Shown: positions 21,701 through 30,787 of the stretch, one piece after another | How positions within the stretch are numbered: position 1 is the first letter of the stretch | Layout of the letters: each line of letters opens with the position of its first letter | Assembly: GCA_965208675.1 (NCBI GenBank) | Contig: OZ242351.1 | Coordinates: 2,048,001 to 2,112,000, forward strand | DNA from: Candidatus Poribacteria bacterium | Lineage (GTDB): Bacteria > Poribacteria > WGA-4E > PCPOR2b | Direction: 5' to 3' | DNA length: 64,000 nt | Translations under genes and position numbers: made by a program | Notes under the pieces: model-generated | Seen by the model: only the letters and a program-made list of their open reading frames with translations | Database searches by the model: none | Told to the model about the DNA's origin: nothing

Positions 21701-22762
21701 GATTCCCAACCGGAGCGAATGCGCCGCACGGTCACCAGAATACGCGGCAACCCGTCACTGAACAGGGTTTATTTCTTAAACGACCAGATAGCGTGGGCAG
21801 TTGGCGACGCCGGACATATCTTTCACACTGCGGACGGTGGCGAATCGTGGGAACGACAACTCGGCGAAAGACTTGATGACGCAAGGGATGTCCTTTTTCT
21901 CAACGACCTTCAGGGTTGGATTGCAGGCGACAACGGGCAGTTACTAGAGACGCAAGACGGCGGGCTGACCTGGAAGGACCTGCACATCGACACTCGGCAA
22001 CCGCTTGTCGGCGTACATTTTCCCAGCCTCGATCCAAAATGGGGATGGGCCATGCAACGGGATGGCACGGTTTACTACACGACGGACGGCACAAAATGGA
22101 CTGCGGGTTCAACACCCACACGACCGGGTTTATTCGAAGAGGATCCACCACGGTCGTTTGCCATCAACGATGTTGCGTTTGGCGAATTTTCGCAAGGTTG
22201 GGCGGCTGGCAACGAAGGGCAGATAATTCACAATCAAGACGGCGGGCCCATCTGGACGCAACAACGAACATCTACTGCGAATGACCTTTTAGGCATTAAT
22301 ATCAATTATGCGCCGCTTGGATGGGCGGTCGGACGGGACGGCATCGTGCAAAGGACAATTAACGGCGGCGGCTACTGGAAATATCATGAAACGGATACAG
22401 GCTACGATTTGCACGATGTGTCGTTCATCACCAAACGGAAGGGTTGGGCTGTCGGACGCTACGGCATCATTCTGCGAACGACCGGCGGCGGCTTTAGTTG
22501 GGAGCCCTTGTCGAGCGGGGTCACAACAGATTTATACAGTGTGATTGCACTGAATGAGCAGCGGATTTATGCCGTGGGCGCCAAAGGTACGATCCTCCAC
22601 TCGACCGACGGCGGAGACACATGGAAACAGGAGCATACCGACATCAGCAACGACCTGTACCGAATCGCCCAATCGAAGAAAGGGAACACCCTCTGGGTCG
22701 TTGGACAGTGGGGCGTCGTGCTACGGCGAACGATTGAGCATCCGAAGATGTCAATGCGGTAG
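18719..22762 (+). CDS. YCF48-like multi-beta-propeller (BNR/Asp-box) lipoprotein
   Basis: Lipobox ILNGC; more than 25 repeats of F...GW.VG..G.I..T.DGG.TW; AGGAGG RBS. Confidence 0.88.
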   Translation: MMKLGIKPVWQGLTITFAMLVILNGCQEEVTRKADWETHFTDLHFSSPKHGWIVGEKGFIIHTGDGGKTWHRQEVGTGEDFKAVYFTNRKYGWAVGDNGVIAATDDGGRHWHLQESNTSGMLRDVVFADSNKGWVVGEDNYVIATKNGGKTWARQQYVSDFTLNGVWFVDNRRGWAVGEYESVLRTDDGGNTWREQTTREGIVRNRLVNDNRRVFFISDNVGWMGGSDGSIYHTQNGGARWQGQDSRIPSINGHVRETVNGVHFLDKKRGLAVADIGFISFTEDGGDNWRLLESGTENNLMAVQFTSRNEAWSVGWHGTIMHSKDGGTTWTMKSGTTSNDLENIQFASENRAVAVGKRGTIAITEDGGQTWEEVDTDIWDNIRNIFFISDQEGWLIGERNMIAHTTDGGRTWARQYAGQGHMLNGVYFVTRQKGWVVGELGTVLYTADGGASWVSQTATEFQSLKGVFFLNGKEGWVVGWPGIIQHTTNGGMSWTPQTSGTFNELYAVHFADSQNGWVVGQFGEILHTKDGGQTWRFQRSGVKVNLNKIYLADTMHGIIVGDNGIILTTTDGGENWMKQVSGTENDLMGFSISPEGMVVVGRGGIAMRYSIDPAELPVTLPSVAKVEEPQPSEDAVTVEEVIYHWDIIRRAAWQTDFTDAFFLNEHTGWAVGKGGVIAHITDSGKTWMPQHSGVEADLNQVAFVDPLHGWITGRRMLLRTDDGGGTWQVVRGVLQNLQGINTMQFITPTEGWLGVDTAQILHTTDGGLTWQRQHTGTSDQPITDLHFINSSEGWAVLRDRREGGLVLHTTDGGGYWKILDKTNLAGIGVYFADSNLGWVVQANGSSIVTHDGGSTWKRVNSELGSSTGTLERVTFRNQKEAWALNRDGILYLTSSGGQTWEAAKVPQHEGSSAHRNAGGDEIDLFSLWTGGDGESGAADDPPSNTDDSILDADFAEQFQAQISDQRQRTGRFTPEGDLVGDSDASADESQTQRTDSQPERMRRTVTRIRGNPSLNRVYFLNDQIAWAVGDAGHIFHTADGGESWERQLGERLDDARDVLFLNDLQGWIAGDNGQLLETQDGGLTWKDLHIDTRQPLVGVHFPSLDPKWGWAMQRDGTVYYTTDGTKWTAGSTPTRPGLFEEDPPRSFAINDVAFGEFSQGWAAGNEGQIIHNQDGGPIWTQQRTSTANDLLGININYAPLGWAVGRDGIVQRTINGGGYWKYHETDTGYDLHDVSFITKRKGWAVGRYGIILRTTGGGFSWEPLSSGVTTDLYSVIALNEQRIYAVGAKGTILHSTDGGDTWKQEHTDISNDLYRIAQSKKGNTLWVVGQWGVVLRRTIEHPKMSMR

Positions 22763-22937
22763 TCCCATGCTTTTCGGGGCAGTAAGGTTCAAGGACACAT
22801 CCGATTACGGATAGAGTGATTCAGAGGGGTAAAAACCGCTAAAAGGACGAACTTTATCTATAGATGCTTGTCTAAAGAAAGAAGTTGAAGGCAAAGAATT
22901 TGAATTCCCAAAACGTGAACCCAAAGGAGAGTTTTCC

Positions 22938-23441
22938 ATGATAAACGGAATGAACACAGAAGAATCCCGATTCTCGAAATGGTTTTTGTTAGTTGCCATG
23001 TTAGCAGTTACGACGGTTATCGTGTTTATGACAAACCAGATCACACAAGCCCAGCGACCTGATCGGAGCGAAATGCGCGATAGACGCGGCGGCGGTATGC
23101 GGGGTGCAAGAGGCGGCGGCGGATTTTCCCCGACTTCTTTGATTGACAGTTCGTGGTCTGATTTGACGTTTGTCGTCAAAGTTGACAATGAGACGCTAAT
23201 CAAAGCCCGCCCGGTGTATCAGAAATCTCGAGACTCGCTTGAGAAAGCCATGAAAGCAGCGCGTGAGACTGGTGACCGCGGTGCGATGCGAACCGCCATG
23301 ATGGAAGTTCGGGAGTCGTTTGAGTCCGAGCTGAATGATGTTTTGACTGAAGAGCAGTCCGCAAAACTTGATGCGTTGCAGCAGAAACGAATGGAGCGGA
23401 TGAGAGGCGGACGGCCCGGCGGAAGGGGACGGGGTCAGTAA
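22938..23441 (+). CDS. Exported helical protein (Spy/CpxP-like) with Arg/Gly-rich ends
   Basis: Signal peptide, VLTEEQ motif, RRGGGMRGARGGGG and GGRPGGRGRG. Confidence 0.6.
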   Translation: MINGMNTEESRFSKWFLLVAMLAVTTVIVFMTNQITQAQRPDRSEMRDRRGGGMRGARGGGGFSPTSLIDSSWSDLTFVVKVDNETLIKARPVYQKSRDSLEKAMKAARETGDRGAMRTAMMEVRESFESELNDVLTEEQSAKLDALQQKRMERMRGGRPGGRGRGQ

Positions 23442-23498
23442 ATCGCGGGGCAAGATGCCAGGCCTACAGTAGGTGGGTGCGGTAGATGAAGAAGGGAT

Positions 23499-23524
23499 AC
23501 GGCACACGGAGTGTGAATGCTACT
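23499..23524 (-). repeat. Degenerate REP upstream of RAYT
   Basis: ACGGCACACGGAGTGTGaatgCTACT. Confidence 0.7.
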
Positions 23525-23532
23525 TTAAAACC

Positions 23533-24174
23533 GTGTTTAAACTTTTTGATTCCAATAGCGATGTCCGCATTCTAGCAGGTGCAAACCTTCCACATTGGTT
23601 TCAACCGCAAGCTACCTACTTTATTACGTATCGGACTGCGGATTCGCTTCCCGGGCATATAGTCAAGCAGTGGCACTCGGATCGGTCAGCGTGGCTTGCA
23701 CAACACGGGATTTCCACGTCAATGCCCAACTGGAAAAATAAACTGGCAGAACTTCCCGAAACTCTTCGAACACGTTTTCATGAAACTTTTACAAGGCAAT
23801 ATTTGGAAAACCTTGACAAGTGTCATGGTGCTTGCGTTTTGATGCAACCGCGACTCTCAAAAATTGTCGCGGACAGTCTTTTACATTTCGACGGGGACCG
23901 CTATCACATGGGCGATTTCGTGGTGATGCCGAATCATGTTCACTTACTGGTTGGTTTGATTGGCGACACAGAGATTTTGAAGCAGTGTCGCTCTTGGAAG
24001 AAGTTCGCTGTCGGCAAGATAAATGAAGTGCTTGGAAAAACCGGACGGTTTTGGCAGGAAGAAAGTTTCGACCATCTCGTCCGTTCGCCGGAACAGTTCA
24101 GTGCCATTCAGCAATATATTAGGAAGAACCCAAGGCATCTTCGGGAGGGTGAATACTTTTTGCATCAGATTTAA
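23533..24174 (+). mobile_element. REP-associated tyrosine transposase (RAYT / IS200-like Y1 HUH)
   Basis: LPHW..ATYFITYR, HUH motif VVMPNHVHLL, FWQEESFDHLVR, catalytic-Tyr region YIRKNP. ORF is open from 23473, but that upstream part is REP sequence. Confidence 0.88.
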
Positions 24175-24176
24175 AA

Positions 24177-24276
24177 GTAGTAGGCACACGGAGTGTGCCG
24201 TTGATGTATAATAACTACGGAATGTGGCGGGTGAATATTACGTAAAAGATTACGGCACACGGAGTGTGCCTACTAC
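24177..24276. repeat. REP doublet (REPIN-like) downstream of RAYT
   Basis: GTAGTAGGCACACGGAGTGTGCCG (24177-24200) and inverted CGGCACACGGAGTGTGCCTACTAC (24253-24276); each forms hairpin GGCACAC-GGA-GTGTGCC with a GTAG foot. Confidence 0.88.
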
Positions 24277-24329
24277 TATATGCGGGGTGCGATGCCGCGG
24301 TTACACGGCAGGTGGGCGCAGATTTTGTA

Positions 24330-26330
24330 ATGAGAAAAAAGACGGTAATAATTTGTATTATCGGAGTGGGTGTTATCGGAGTTGGCGGGTTTGTGCTTTA
24401 CGATACGCTATTCTCGTCCACCAAAGAAGAGTCGAACAATTCCGGAATGTCTGACTTAAGAACCGCTACGGTTGAACGCGGCGATATTGATGTCGTGATT
24501 GATGCCACCGGAACAATTGAACCACTGAATATTGTCGAGGTGAGTTCTAAGGCGAGCGGCAAAATTCTTTCTCTGTCTGTAGAGGAAGGAGACGCCGTTG
24601 AAAAAGACGACGTGATTGCGCGTATCGAAACCACCTATGTTGCGGTTGACCTTGAGCAGGCGGAAGCCGACCTTCGCGCTTCACAGGCAAGACTGAAGCA
24701 AGCCGAAATCAATATCCAACTGCAGAAAGACCAGTCGGAAATTCAGATTAAACAGGCTGAAGAAAAGCTCGCCGAATCCAAAAAGCAGCTAGAGCAGCTC
24801 AGCGAGCAGATTCGCATCGAAAAAGAGAAGACGAACAAGCGTCAGGTGGCTGATGCGGAAAACAACCTCAAGATTGCCTCCTTGCGGTTCAAACTGTTGA
24901 CCTCAGAGACTGTTCGTGCTGAAGAGATAAACCGGGCAAACGCGGCGGTTAACCAGGCGGAGGCGAGCCGGGACCTGGCAAAGAAAGAGTACGAACGGAA
25001 GAAAGGGCTATTTGAAAAGAATCTCATCTCCCAATCAGAGCTGGACACCGCCGAAACTCAACTGCAATCCGCTGAGGCGCAACATCAGTCTGCCGTTGAG
25101 CAAGCGAAATTAGTCAAGCAACCTGCCAGCGAAGCGGAGCTAAAGCTAGCGCAGGCAGAGATAGACAAAGCAAAGTTCGCCCTAGATGCGGCGTTGGAGC
25201 AGATTGAAAAACAGCCTTACCGCGACATGGAGATTGAAATTCAAAGCAACCGCGTCGAACAGGCGAAGGAATCGTTGAACCTCGCTGTCGCAAACAAAGC
25301 TCAAATTAGCGTCAAGGAAAAGGAGCTTGAGAACGCCCAAGCGCAGGTCAAACGCAGCGAAGGGCAGTTACAACTCGCGCGGGAGCAGATGCGCGACACG
25401 GAAATCAGAGCGCCGATTTCCGGAACCGTTCTGGAAAAAAGGGTTGAGGAGGGCCAAATTATCTTCTCTAGCTTCGGGGGCGGCAGCCGATCTTCGTTCG
25501 GCACGTCTGAAGGGCAGGTGATTGTAACCATGGCAGACCTGTCACGGGTTTACGTGGTCACGGAAGTCGACGAGACCGACATCGGCAAGGTGAAGGTTGG
25601 GCAGCCGGCGACGATTACCGTGGAAGCCTATCCCGATCAGCCGTTTGAAGGCGAGATACTTCGGATTTCGCCGCAAGGGCAGGTGGTGCAAAATGTGACC
25701 ACCTTTAACGTGATAAGCGAAATAAAAAATACCAGGGCTCAGCAGCGCGGAAGATTCCGACGCGGCGCCGGCGGATTTAACCCGGAACGACGTGAGCAAA
25801 TTCGACAGATGCGAGGGCAGCGCGACGAAACCGATGCCGCCGAGGATTCCCGCACCGAAAACAGAGGTGCGGATAGTTCCGATGATGTAGATCCGTGGAT
25901 GGCGATGATGGATAGTTTTATGGGCGACCAGCCCTCCCCGACAGGCGCGGCTGAACAAGATGTTCAGGTCGAAGCGCCGTTCTTGAAACCCGGTATGAAC
26001 GCGACAGTGCAGATTTCTGCGGCAAGCAGGCGAGCCGTATTGGTATTACCGAATGAGGCTATTCTTACATTTGGCAACCGTAAGATGATACGTCCCATCA
26101 GCGAAGATGGGCAACCGGGGCGCCCGCAACCAATCGTTACCGGTGCCGCGAGTTTTGACACAACTGAAGTCGTCTCCGGCGCGGAAGAGGGGCAGCGTGT
26201 CGCCATCGGGGGCGGACGCCCTAGCGGTAGTGACGCAGATATGCAGCGATTCCGCAGGATGATGCAGAATCCCGCGTCCACGATGCGCCGTATGGGCGGC
26301 GGATTTGGCGGACGAGGGAGAGGGCGGTGA
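24330..26330 (+). CDS. MacA/HlyD-type periplasmic adaptor with a long coiled coil
   Basis: N-terminal TM; ATGTIEP..VEVSSKASGKI, IRAPISGTV, VDETDIGKVKVGQ, LKPGMNA. Start at ATG 24330 because the upstream in-frame part is REP. Confidence 0.9.
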   Translation: MRKKTVIICIIGVGVIGVGGFVLYDTLFSSTKEESNNSGMSDLRTATVERGDIDVVIDATGTIEPLNIVEVSSKASGKILSLSVEEGDAVEKDDVIARIETTYVAVDLEQAEADLRASQARLKQAEINIQLQKDQSEIQIKQAEEKLAESKKQLEQLSEQIRIEKEKTNKRQVADAENNLKIASLRFKLLTSETVRAEEINRANAAVNQAEASRDLAKKEYERKKGLFEKNLISQSELDTAETQLQSAEAQHQSAVEQAKLVKQPASEAELKLAQAEIDKAKFALDAALEQIEKQPYRDMEIEIQSNRVEQAKESLNLAVANKAQISVKEKELENAQAQVKRSEGQLQLAREQMRDTEIRAPISGTVLEKRVEEGQIIFSSFGGGSRSSFGTSEGQVIVTMADLSRVYVVTEVDETDIGKVKVGQPATITVEAYPDQPFEGEILRISPQGQVVQNVTTFNVISEIKNTRAQQRGRFRRGAGGFNPERREQIRQMRGQRDETDAAEDSRTENRGADSSDDVDPWMAMMDSFMGDQPSPTGAAEQDVQVEAPFLKPGMNATVQISAASRRAVLVLPNEAILTFGNRKMIRPISEDGQPGRPQPIVTGAASFDTTEVVSGAEEGQRVAIGGGRPSGSDADMQRFRRMMQNPASTMRRMGGGFGGRGRGR

Positions 26331-26473
26331 GTGCACCGTGCGGGACAAGGATTTTCAAGGACGAAAGGCTCGCGCCGAAACTTAGAGCGGAAATCTTATC
26401 AGACAATACGAAACATTGCGTGATTCGAATGACCGGCGAATTTCACACATTCCAACACTCATAGAGAAAAAAA

Positions 26474-27688
26474 GTGGGACTTCTTGAAGGCTTAAGCAAC
26501 GCAGTGCGCAGTTTGTTCGCCAACAAACTCAGGTCTGCGCTGACCATGCTCGGGGTCATCATCGGTGTGGCTGCGATTATGACAACCACCGCGATTGGCG
26601 AGGGCGCAAAAGCCGACATCACGGAACGGATTCAAACATTGGGTGCGAATATTCTCAGCATTCGGCCCGGACAGACCCGGTTCCGCGGACGCAGCTTCGG
26701 CGAAAGCCAGCGAACGTTGACGTACAAAGATGTTGAGGTGCTGGAACGCCGCATGACAAATGCGCTCCATGTTTCGCCCCGGTTGAACCAACGCACACAA
26801 GCAAAATACTTGAACCGCAACACGAACACAACCGTAGTCGGGTCAACACCCGCGTTTCAGTATACCGAAAATTTTCCCGTTGCGAGCGGCTCGTTTTTCA
26901 CCGATAACGATGTTCGCCGGCGGCAGCGGGTGTGCGTGCTCGGAAAATCGGTCGCCGATGAACTATTTGCTGAAAACGCCGATCCGATTGGGAAAACCGT
27001 TAAAATCAAGGGGCACAACTTCTATGTGCTCGGTGTGTTGAAGGAGAAAGGTGCGTCCGGGTTCCGCAATCCGGACGACCAGATAATTATACCCGTGAGC
27101 ACGGCAATGAAACGGGTCTTCGGAACCGAGTACCTGTCGAGCATCAGTGTGCAAGCCGCTAGCAGCGAAGCCATGGATCCGGCACAGGCTGAAATCGAAA
27201 ATTTGCTGCGGAAACAACACAAGCTGTCCGCCAATAAACCGCTTGACTTTCACGTGCGCAACCAAGCCATGTTCTTGGAGACGCTGGAGGAATCCGGGCA
27301 GACCTTCACCTATATGATTCTCGGTATAGCCATAGTCTCGCTGGTTGTGGGAGGCATCGGGATTATGAATATCATGTTGGTCTCCGTAACGGAGCGTACA
27401 AAGGAAATTGGTTTGCGGAAAGCAGTGGGCGCTAAACGCCGGGATATCTTGGGCCAGTTCTTAATAGAGTCCACCGCGCTCTCGGTAATCGGCGGGTTGA
27501 TTGGGATTGGCGTCGGCGTGTTTTGCGCCAAGATGGTGCCTTCCTTATGGGAATGGCGAACGATTATTTCGCCGATTTTCACGGGGTTGGCGTTCTTCGT
27601 TGCGGGTTGGATCGGAATTTTTTTCGGCGCTTATCCGGCATGGAAAGCCGCGAAGCTGTCTCCGATTGATGCGTTGAGGCACGAGTGA
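26474..27688 (+). CDS. MacB/FtsX-family ABC transporter permease (no fused ATPase)
   Basis: NKLRSALTMLGVIIGV, GGIGIMNIMLVSVTERTKEIGLRKAVGA, YPAWKAAKLSPIDALR.E. Confidence 0.93.
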   Translation: MGLLEGLSNAVRSLFANKLRSALTMLGVIIGVAAIMTTTAIGEGAKADITERIQTLGANILSIRPGQTRFRGRSFGESQRTLTYKDVEVLERRMTNALHVSPRLNQRTQAKYLNRNTNTTVVGSTPAFQYTENFPVASGSFFTDNDVRRRQRVCVLGKSVADELFAENADPIGKTVKIKGHNFYVLGVLKEKGASGFRNPDDQIIIPVSTAMKRVFGTEYLSSISVQAASSEAMDPAQAEIENLLRKQHKLSANKPLDFHVRNQAMFLETLEESGQTFTYMILGIAIVSLVVGGIGIMNIMLVSVTERTKEIGLRKAVGAKRRDILGQFLIESTALSVIGGLIGIGVGVFCAKMVPSLWEWRTIISPIFTGLAFFVAGWIGIFFGAYPAWKAAKLSPIDALRHE

Positions 27689-27747
27689 GGAGAAAGGACT
27701 AATGAGTAATGCGTAATCAGTAATGCGTAAGGAGTAAGGAGAAATGT
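27685..27747 (+). repeat. Heptamer tandem repeat (about 9 units)
   Basis: gtgagga gaaagga ctaatga gtaatgc gtaatca gtaatgc gtaagga gtaagga gaaatgt. Confidence 0.7.
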
Positions 27748-27827
27748 AGGGGCAGGTATTGAGTTTGCCCATTAATTTTTTCTGGTGGGTGGGTTTGCAC
27801 GGACGCGCTCGGCTTGGAGGCAAAAAA

Positions 27828-28958
27828 ATGGGATTGAATTTAGAACTCGAAACGCCTCACATTTTGTTGGATTATGAGCGGCTGCAGGCAAACATCCGGC
27901 TGATTCAGAACATAGCCGATGCGCACGGCGTCAGTCTCCGCCCGCATATCAAAACCCATAAGTGCCTTGAAATCGCGCAGCGACAGATTAATGCAGGCGC
28001 GGTCGGCATTACGGCTTCAAAGGTAGACGAGGCGCTTGTATTTATTAAAAACGGCATCAGTTCCGTCACTGTGGCGTATCCACTCGCAGTGACTTCAAAG
28101 CTAGACCGCCTGATTGCCGCTGCACACGCGCATGACGCCGATCTTCGACTCATCGTTGACAGCCCTGCAGGGGTAAATGCGATCGCTTGTGCGGCGGAGA
28201 AACACCAAAAACAGATTGATGTCTTCTTGAAAATTGATGTGGGGCTGCACCGATGCGGACTCACGGAAGGCGATCCGCATATGGTCGGGCTGGTGCAAAG
28301 CATTATCCAAAAATCCGCTCTGAATTTTGTAGGGCTTTTATCCCATGCGGGACACACGTACGGGGCAGAAGACATGGAGGCGGCACGGAATATCGCCCAA
28401 GAAGAGTGCGAGATTATGAAGCGCGTGCGTGCGAAGCTGGAAGGCACCGGTATTGACGTCGCGGAAGTGTCCGTTGGATCCACACCCGGCACGCTTGCGA
28501 GCGATAGCTACGACGGCATCACGGAAATTCGACCCGGCAATTACGTGTTTATGGATAGGATGCCGCTGCGCCTCAAGCTCATCGAGCCAAACCAGATTGC
28601 GCTCTCCGTGCTGGCAACGGTCGTGAGCCAAAACGCCGACTACTATATTATTGACGCCGGATCGAAAACCTTGAGTTCCGACCAAGGCGCACACGGCATG
28701 ACGGGGATGGAAGGATTCGGACTCGCGTATCCCGCGGATCAGTTTGAAGACAAAGATTACGAAATGATTGTCGCCAAACTATCGGAAGAACATGGATTCG
28801 TAACCAGGAAGGGTTTCGATTTGGAGATTGGCGCACTACTTCGAATCGTGCCAAACCACGCATGTGTCGTAGCAAACCTATTAGACACTTATGCGGTGCT
28901 AAAAGACGGACACATCACCGAGCAGTGGGACATCGCAGCGCGCGGTTGTGTGCATTAG
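27828..28958 (+). CDS. Fold-type III PLP enzyme, D-threonine aldolase / D-serine dehydratase family
   Basis: LRPHIKTHK (PLP lysine), D.GLHRCG, GSTP, EIRPGNYVF.D, DAGSKTL, LSEEHG, PNHAC. Start at 27828 after GGAGG. Confidence 0.9.
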   Translation: MGLNLELETPHILLDYERLQANIRLIQNIADAHGVSLRPHIKTHKCLEIAQRQINAGAVGITASKVDEALVFIKNGISSVTVAYPLAVTSKLDRLIAAAHAHDADLRLIVDSPAGVNAIACAAEKHQKQIDVFLKIDVGLHRCGLTEGDPHMVGLVQSIIQKSALNFVGLLSHAGHTYGAEDMEAARNIAQEECEIMKRVRAKLEGTGIDVAEVSVGSTPGTLASDSYDGITEIRPGNYVFMDRMPLRLKLIEPNQIALSVLATVVSQNADYYIIDAGSKTLSSDQGAHGMTGMEGFGLAYPADQFEDKDYEMIVAKLSEEHGFVTRKGFDLEIGALLRIVPNHACVVANLLDTYAVLKDGHITEQWDIAARGCVH

Positions 28959-29217
28959 CAAAGGGTGACAGTGGACGGTACGATTCTGTACGGCGCGTCA
29001 AATATCTACGTGAAGGGTGGATTTGATCTCCTTGGCGGGAATTACAACCTCAAGGTTAATTATCTAGTCACGGGTGCAATACGCGCAAGAACCGCTGAGA
29101 GCGATTTGTTTTAGCTAGAGCCAATCATGTTTTTTTCGCAAATCTGCGTACGCCATTGATGATGGGGCTAGCCCGTTCCTGATTGCCGCAGGATACGATA
29201 GCGATGGGGAATCTTCA

Positions 29218-30660
29218 GTGCAGCTTGAGTTGATAGATCCCAAGAAATACCGCCAGCTATTTCTGGATGACTTTGCCGTGGAGAGTATGAAAGGCGTTAC
29301 GCGTACACTGCATTCCCCGAAGAAATGGGGGCCTGTCCTCCACGGCGGGGGGATTCAGAGCCGTTCTTGTCCGCAATGGAATTCTGAGAAGAATTTGTGG
29401 GAATGGTGGTATTTCGGCCAGCATTCGTACTATGCGGTCTCCGATGACGGGGAGCATTGGAAAAAGCCCGCCTTGGGGTTGTACGAATTCGGCGGTTCAA
29501 GGGACAACAACATCGCCTTGGACCCGGTAAATATGGGGCAGGGAATCCCTTTGCACGTTGTGCGCGATGAATCCGATCCGGATCCGCGGCGCCGTTACAA
29601 AGCGTTGTTCAACGCCAACGGCCGCCTTGCGGTGTCCCCGGACGGATCTGACTGGACGCTCCACGATGCACCGCCCATCCCCAGCCAAGACGAGTCCCAG
29701 TTTACGCACGACCATCAGTCGAACCAGTTTCTGGCGATGGTCAAGTTGAGTTCGGAATGGGGACGTTCCGTATGGCTTTCCACGAGTTCCGATTTTAATA
29801 CCTTCACCGAACCCCTGCTAATCTTCCACACCGACGAAATTGACCAGGAGAACGGACGCCGGCGTGTCCGAAAAATAATCGAAGACCCGGCATATATCAC
29901 GCCGCCTCTTGTTGACGACGAGGATTACATTACCGAGTGCTACAACATGGCTGTGCTGCCGTACGAAGGGATTTATATCGGTTTCCCGACCATATTCAAT
30001 CCCGTCGGCGCCATTCCGCCACCGGAAACAAACCATACCCGCATAAACCAGATTGAGTTGACGGTCTCACGCGACCTATATCATTGGGAACGCGCCGCTG
30101 ACCGTGCTTTGTTCATTGCACTTGAACCGTTTGACGGCGAAAATTACGGGTGTAACCAACTCCTGATGGCGGGGCATCCCATTGTGCGTGCGGACGGTGA
30201 AATTTGGTGCTACTACAATGCACTGCGTGCGCCTGCCAGCATCGCACAGTATCAAAAGTTCAATTCCGCAAAGGAATTGTTCCGTCTCAATGTGAAACCA
30301 GAACACTTTGAAGATGCGGCTGCGTTGATGCTCGCCAAGCTGCGGCCTGACGGATTCGTGTCGATTGACGGCGATGCATGCGGTACTATTGTTACCAAGC
30401 CGTTCGAGTTGAAGGGCGAGGATGTCTACATCAACGCCGATGCAACCTGGGGCGAGATTTACAGCGAGATCATTGATGCAGAGACGCAGAAACCGCACGA
30501 AGGATTCTGGGTGCCGGGAGAGGAACCGCCGCCGTTTACCGGGGATAGCACCAAAGCCAAGGTAGGCTGGAAATACCCTCACGACTTGGTGTTTGAGAAG
30601 CCGGTACGGCTGAAGTTTTATCTACACCAGGCGCGTCTTTTCTCCTTCTGGATTGAGTAA
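29218..30660 (+). CDS. Hypothetical glycosidase-like five-bladed beta-propeller plus beta-sandwich
   Basis: RQLFLDD, S.DG.HW.KP.LG, SRDL.HWER, LR.DGFVS; resembles GH32/43/130-clan-like proteins. Confidence 0.6.
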   Translation: MQLELIDPKKYRQLFLDDFAVESMKGVTRTLHSPKKWGPVLHGGGIQSRSCPQWNSEKNLWEWWYFGQHSYYAVSDDGEHWKKPALGLYEFGGSRDNNIALDPVNMGQGIPLHVVRDESDPDPRRRYKALFNANGRLAVSPDGSDWTLHDAPPIPSQDESQFTHDHQSNQFLAMVKLSSEWGRSVWLSTSSDFNTFTEPLLIFHTDEIDQENGRRRVRKIIEDPAYITPPLVDDEDYITECYNMAVLPYEGIYIGFPTIFNPVGAIPPPETNHTRINQIELTVSRDLYHWERAADRALFIALEPFDGENYGCNQLLMAGHPIVRADGEIWCYYNALRAPASIAQYQKFNSAKELFRLNVKPEHFEDAAALMLAKLRPDGFVSIDGDACGTIVTKPFELKGEDVYINADATWGEIYSEIIDAETQKPHEGFWVPGEEPPPFTGDSTKAKVGWKYPHDLVFEKPVRLKFYLHQARLFSFWIE

Positions 30661-30787
30661 TTAATAGAGATTCTAGTGAAACCCAACCCCTCAACCAAAC
30701 CGATGTTTTTACGTCTAAGATTGATTGAGTTTCCCGTCGTAAGCACATCGTGGAAATGTCGATTAGTCGTAGCCACCGGCTCTATAT

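Noticed and set aside
23533-24174. IS605/TnpB RNA-guided element
   Set aside because: No tnpB/RuvC ORF is adjacent; the GTAG-footed REP hairpins favour a RAYT.
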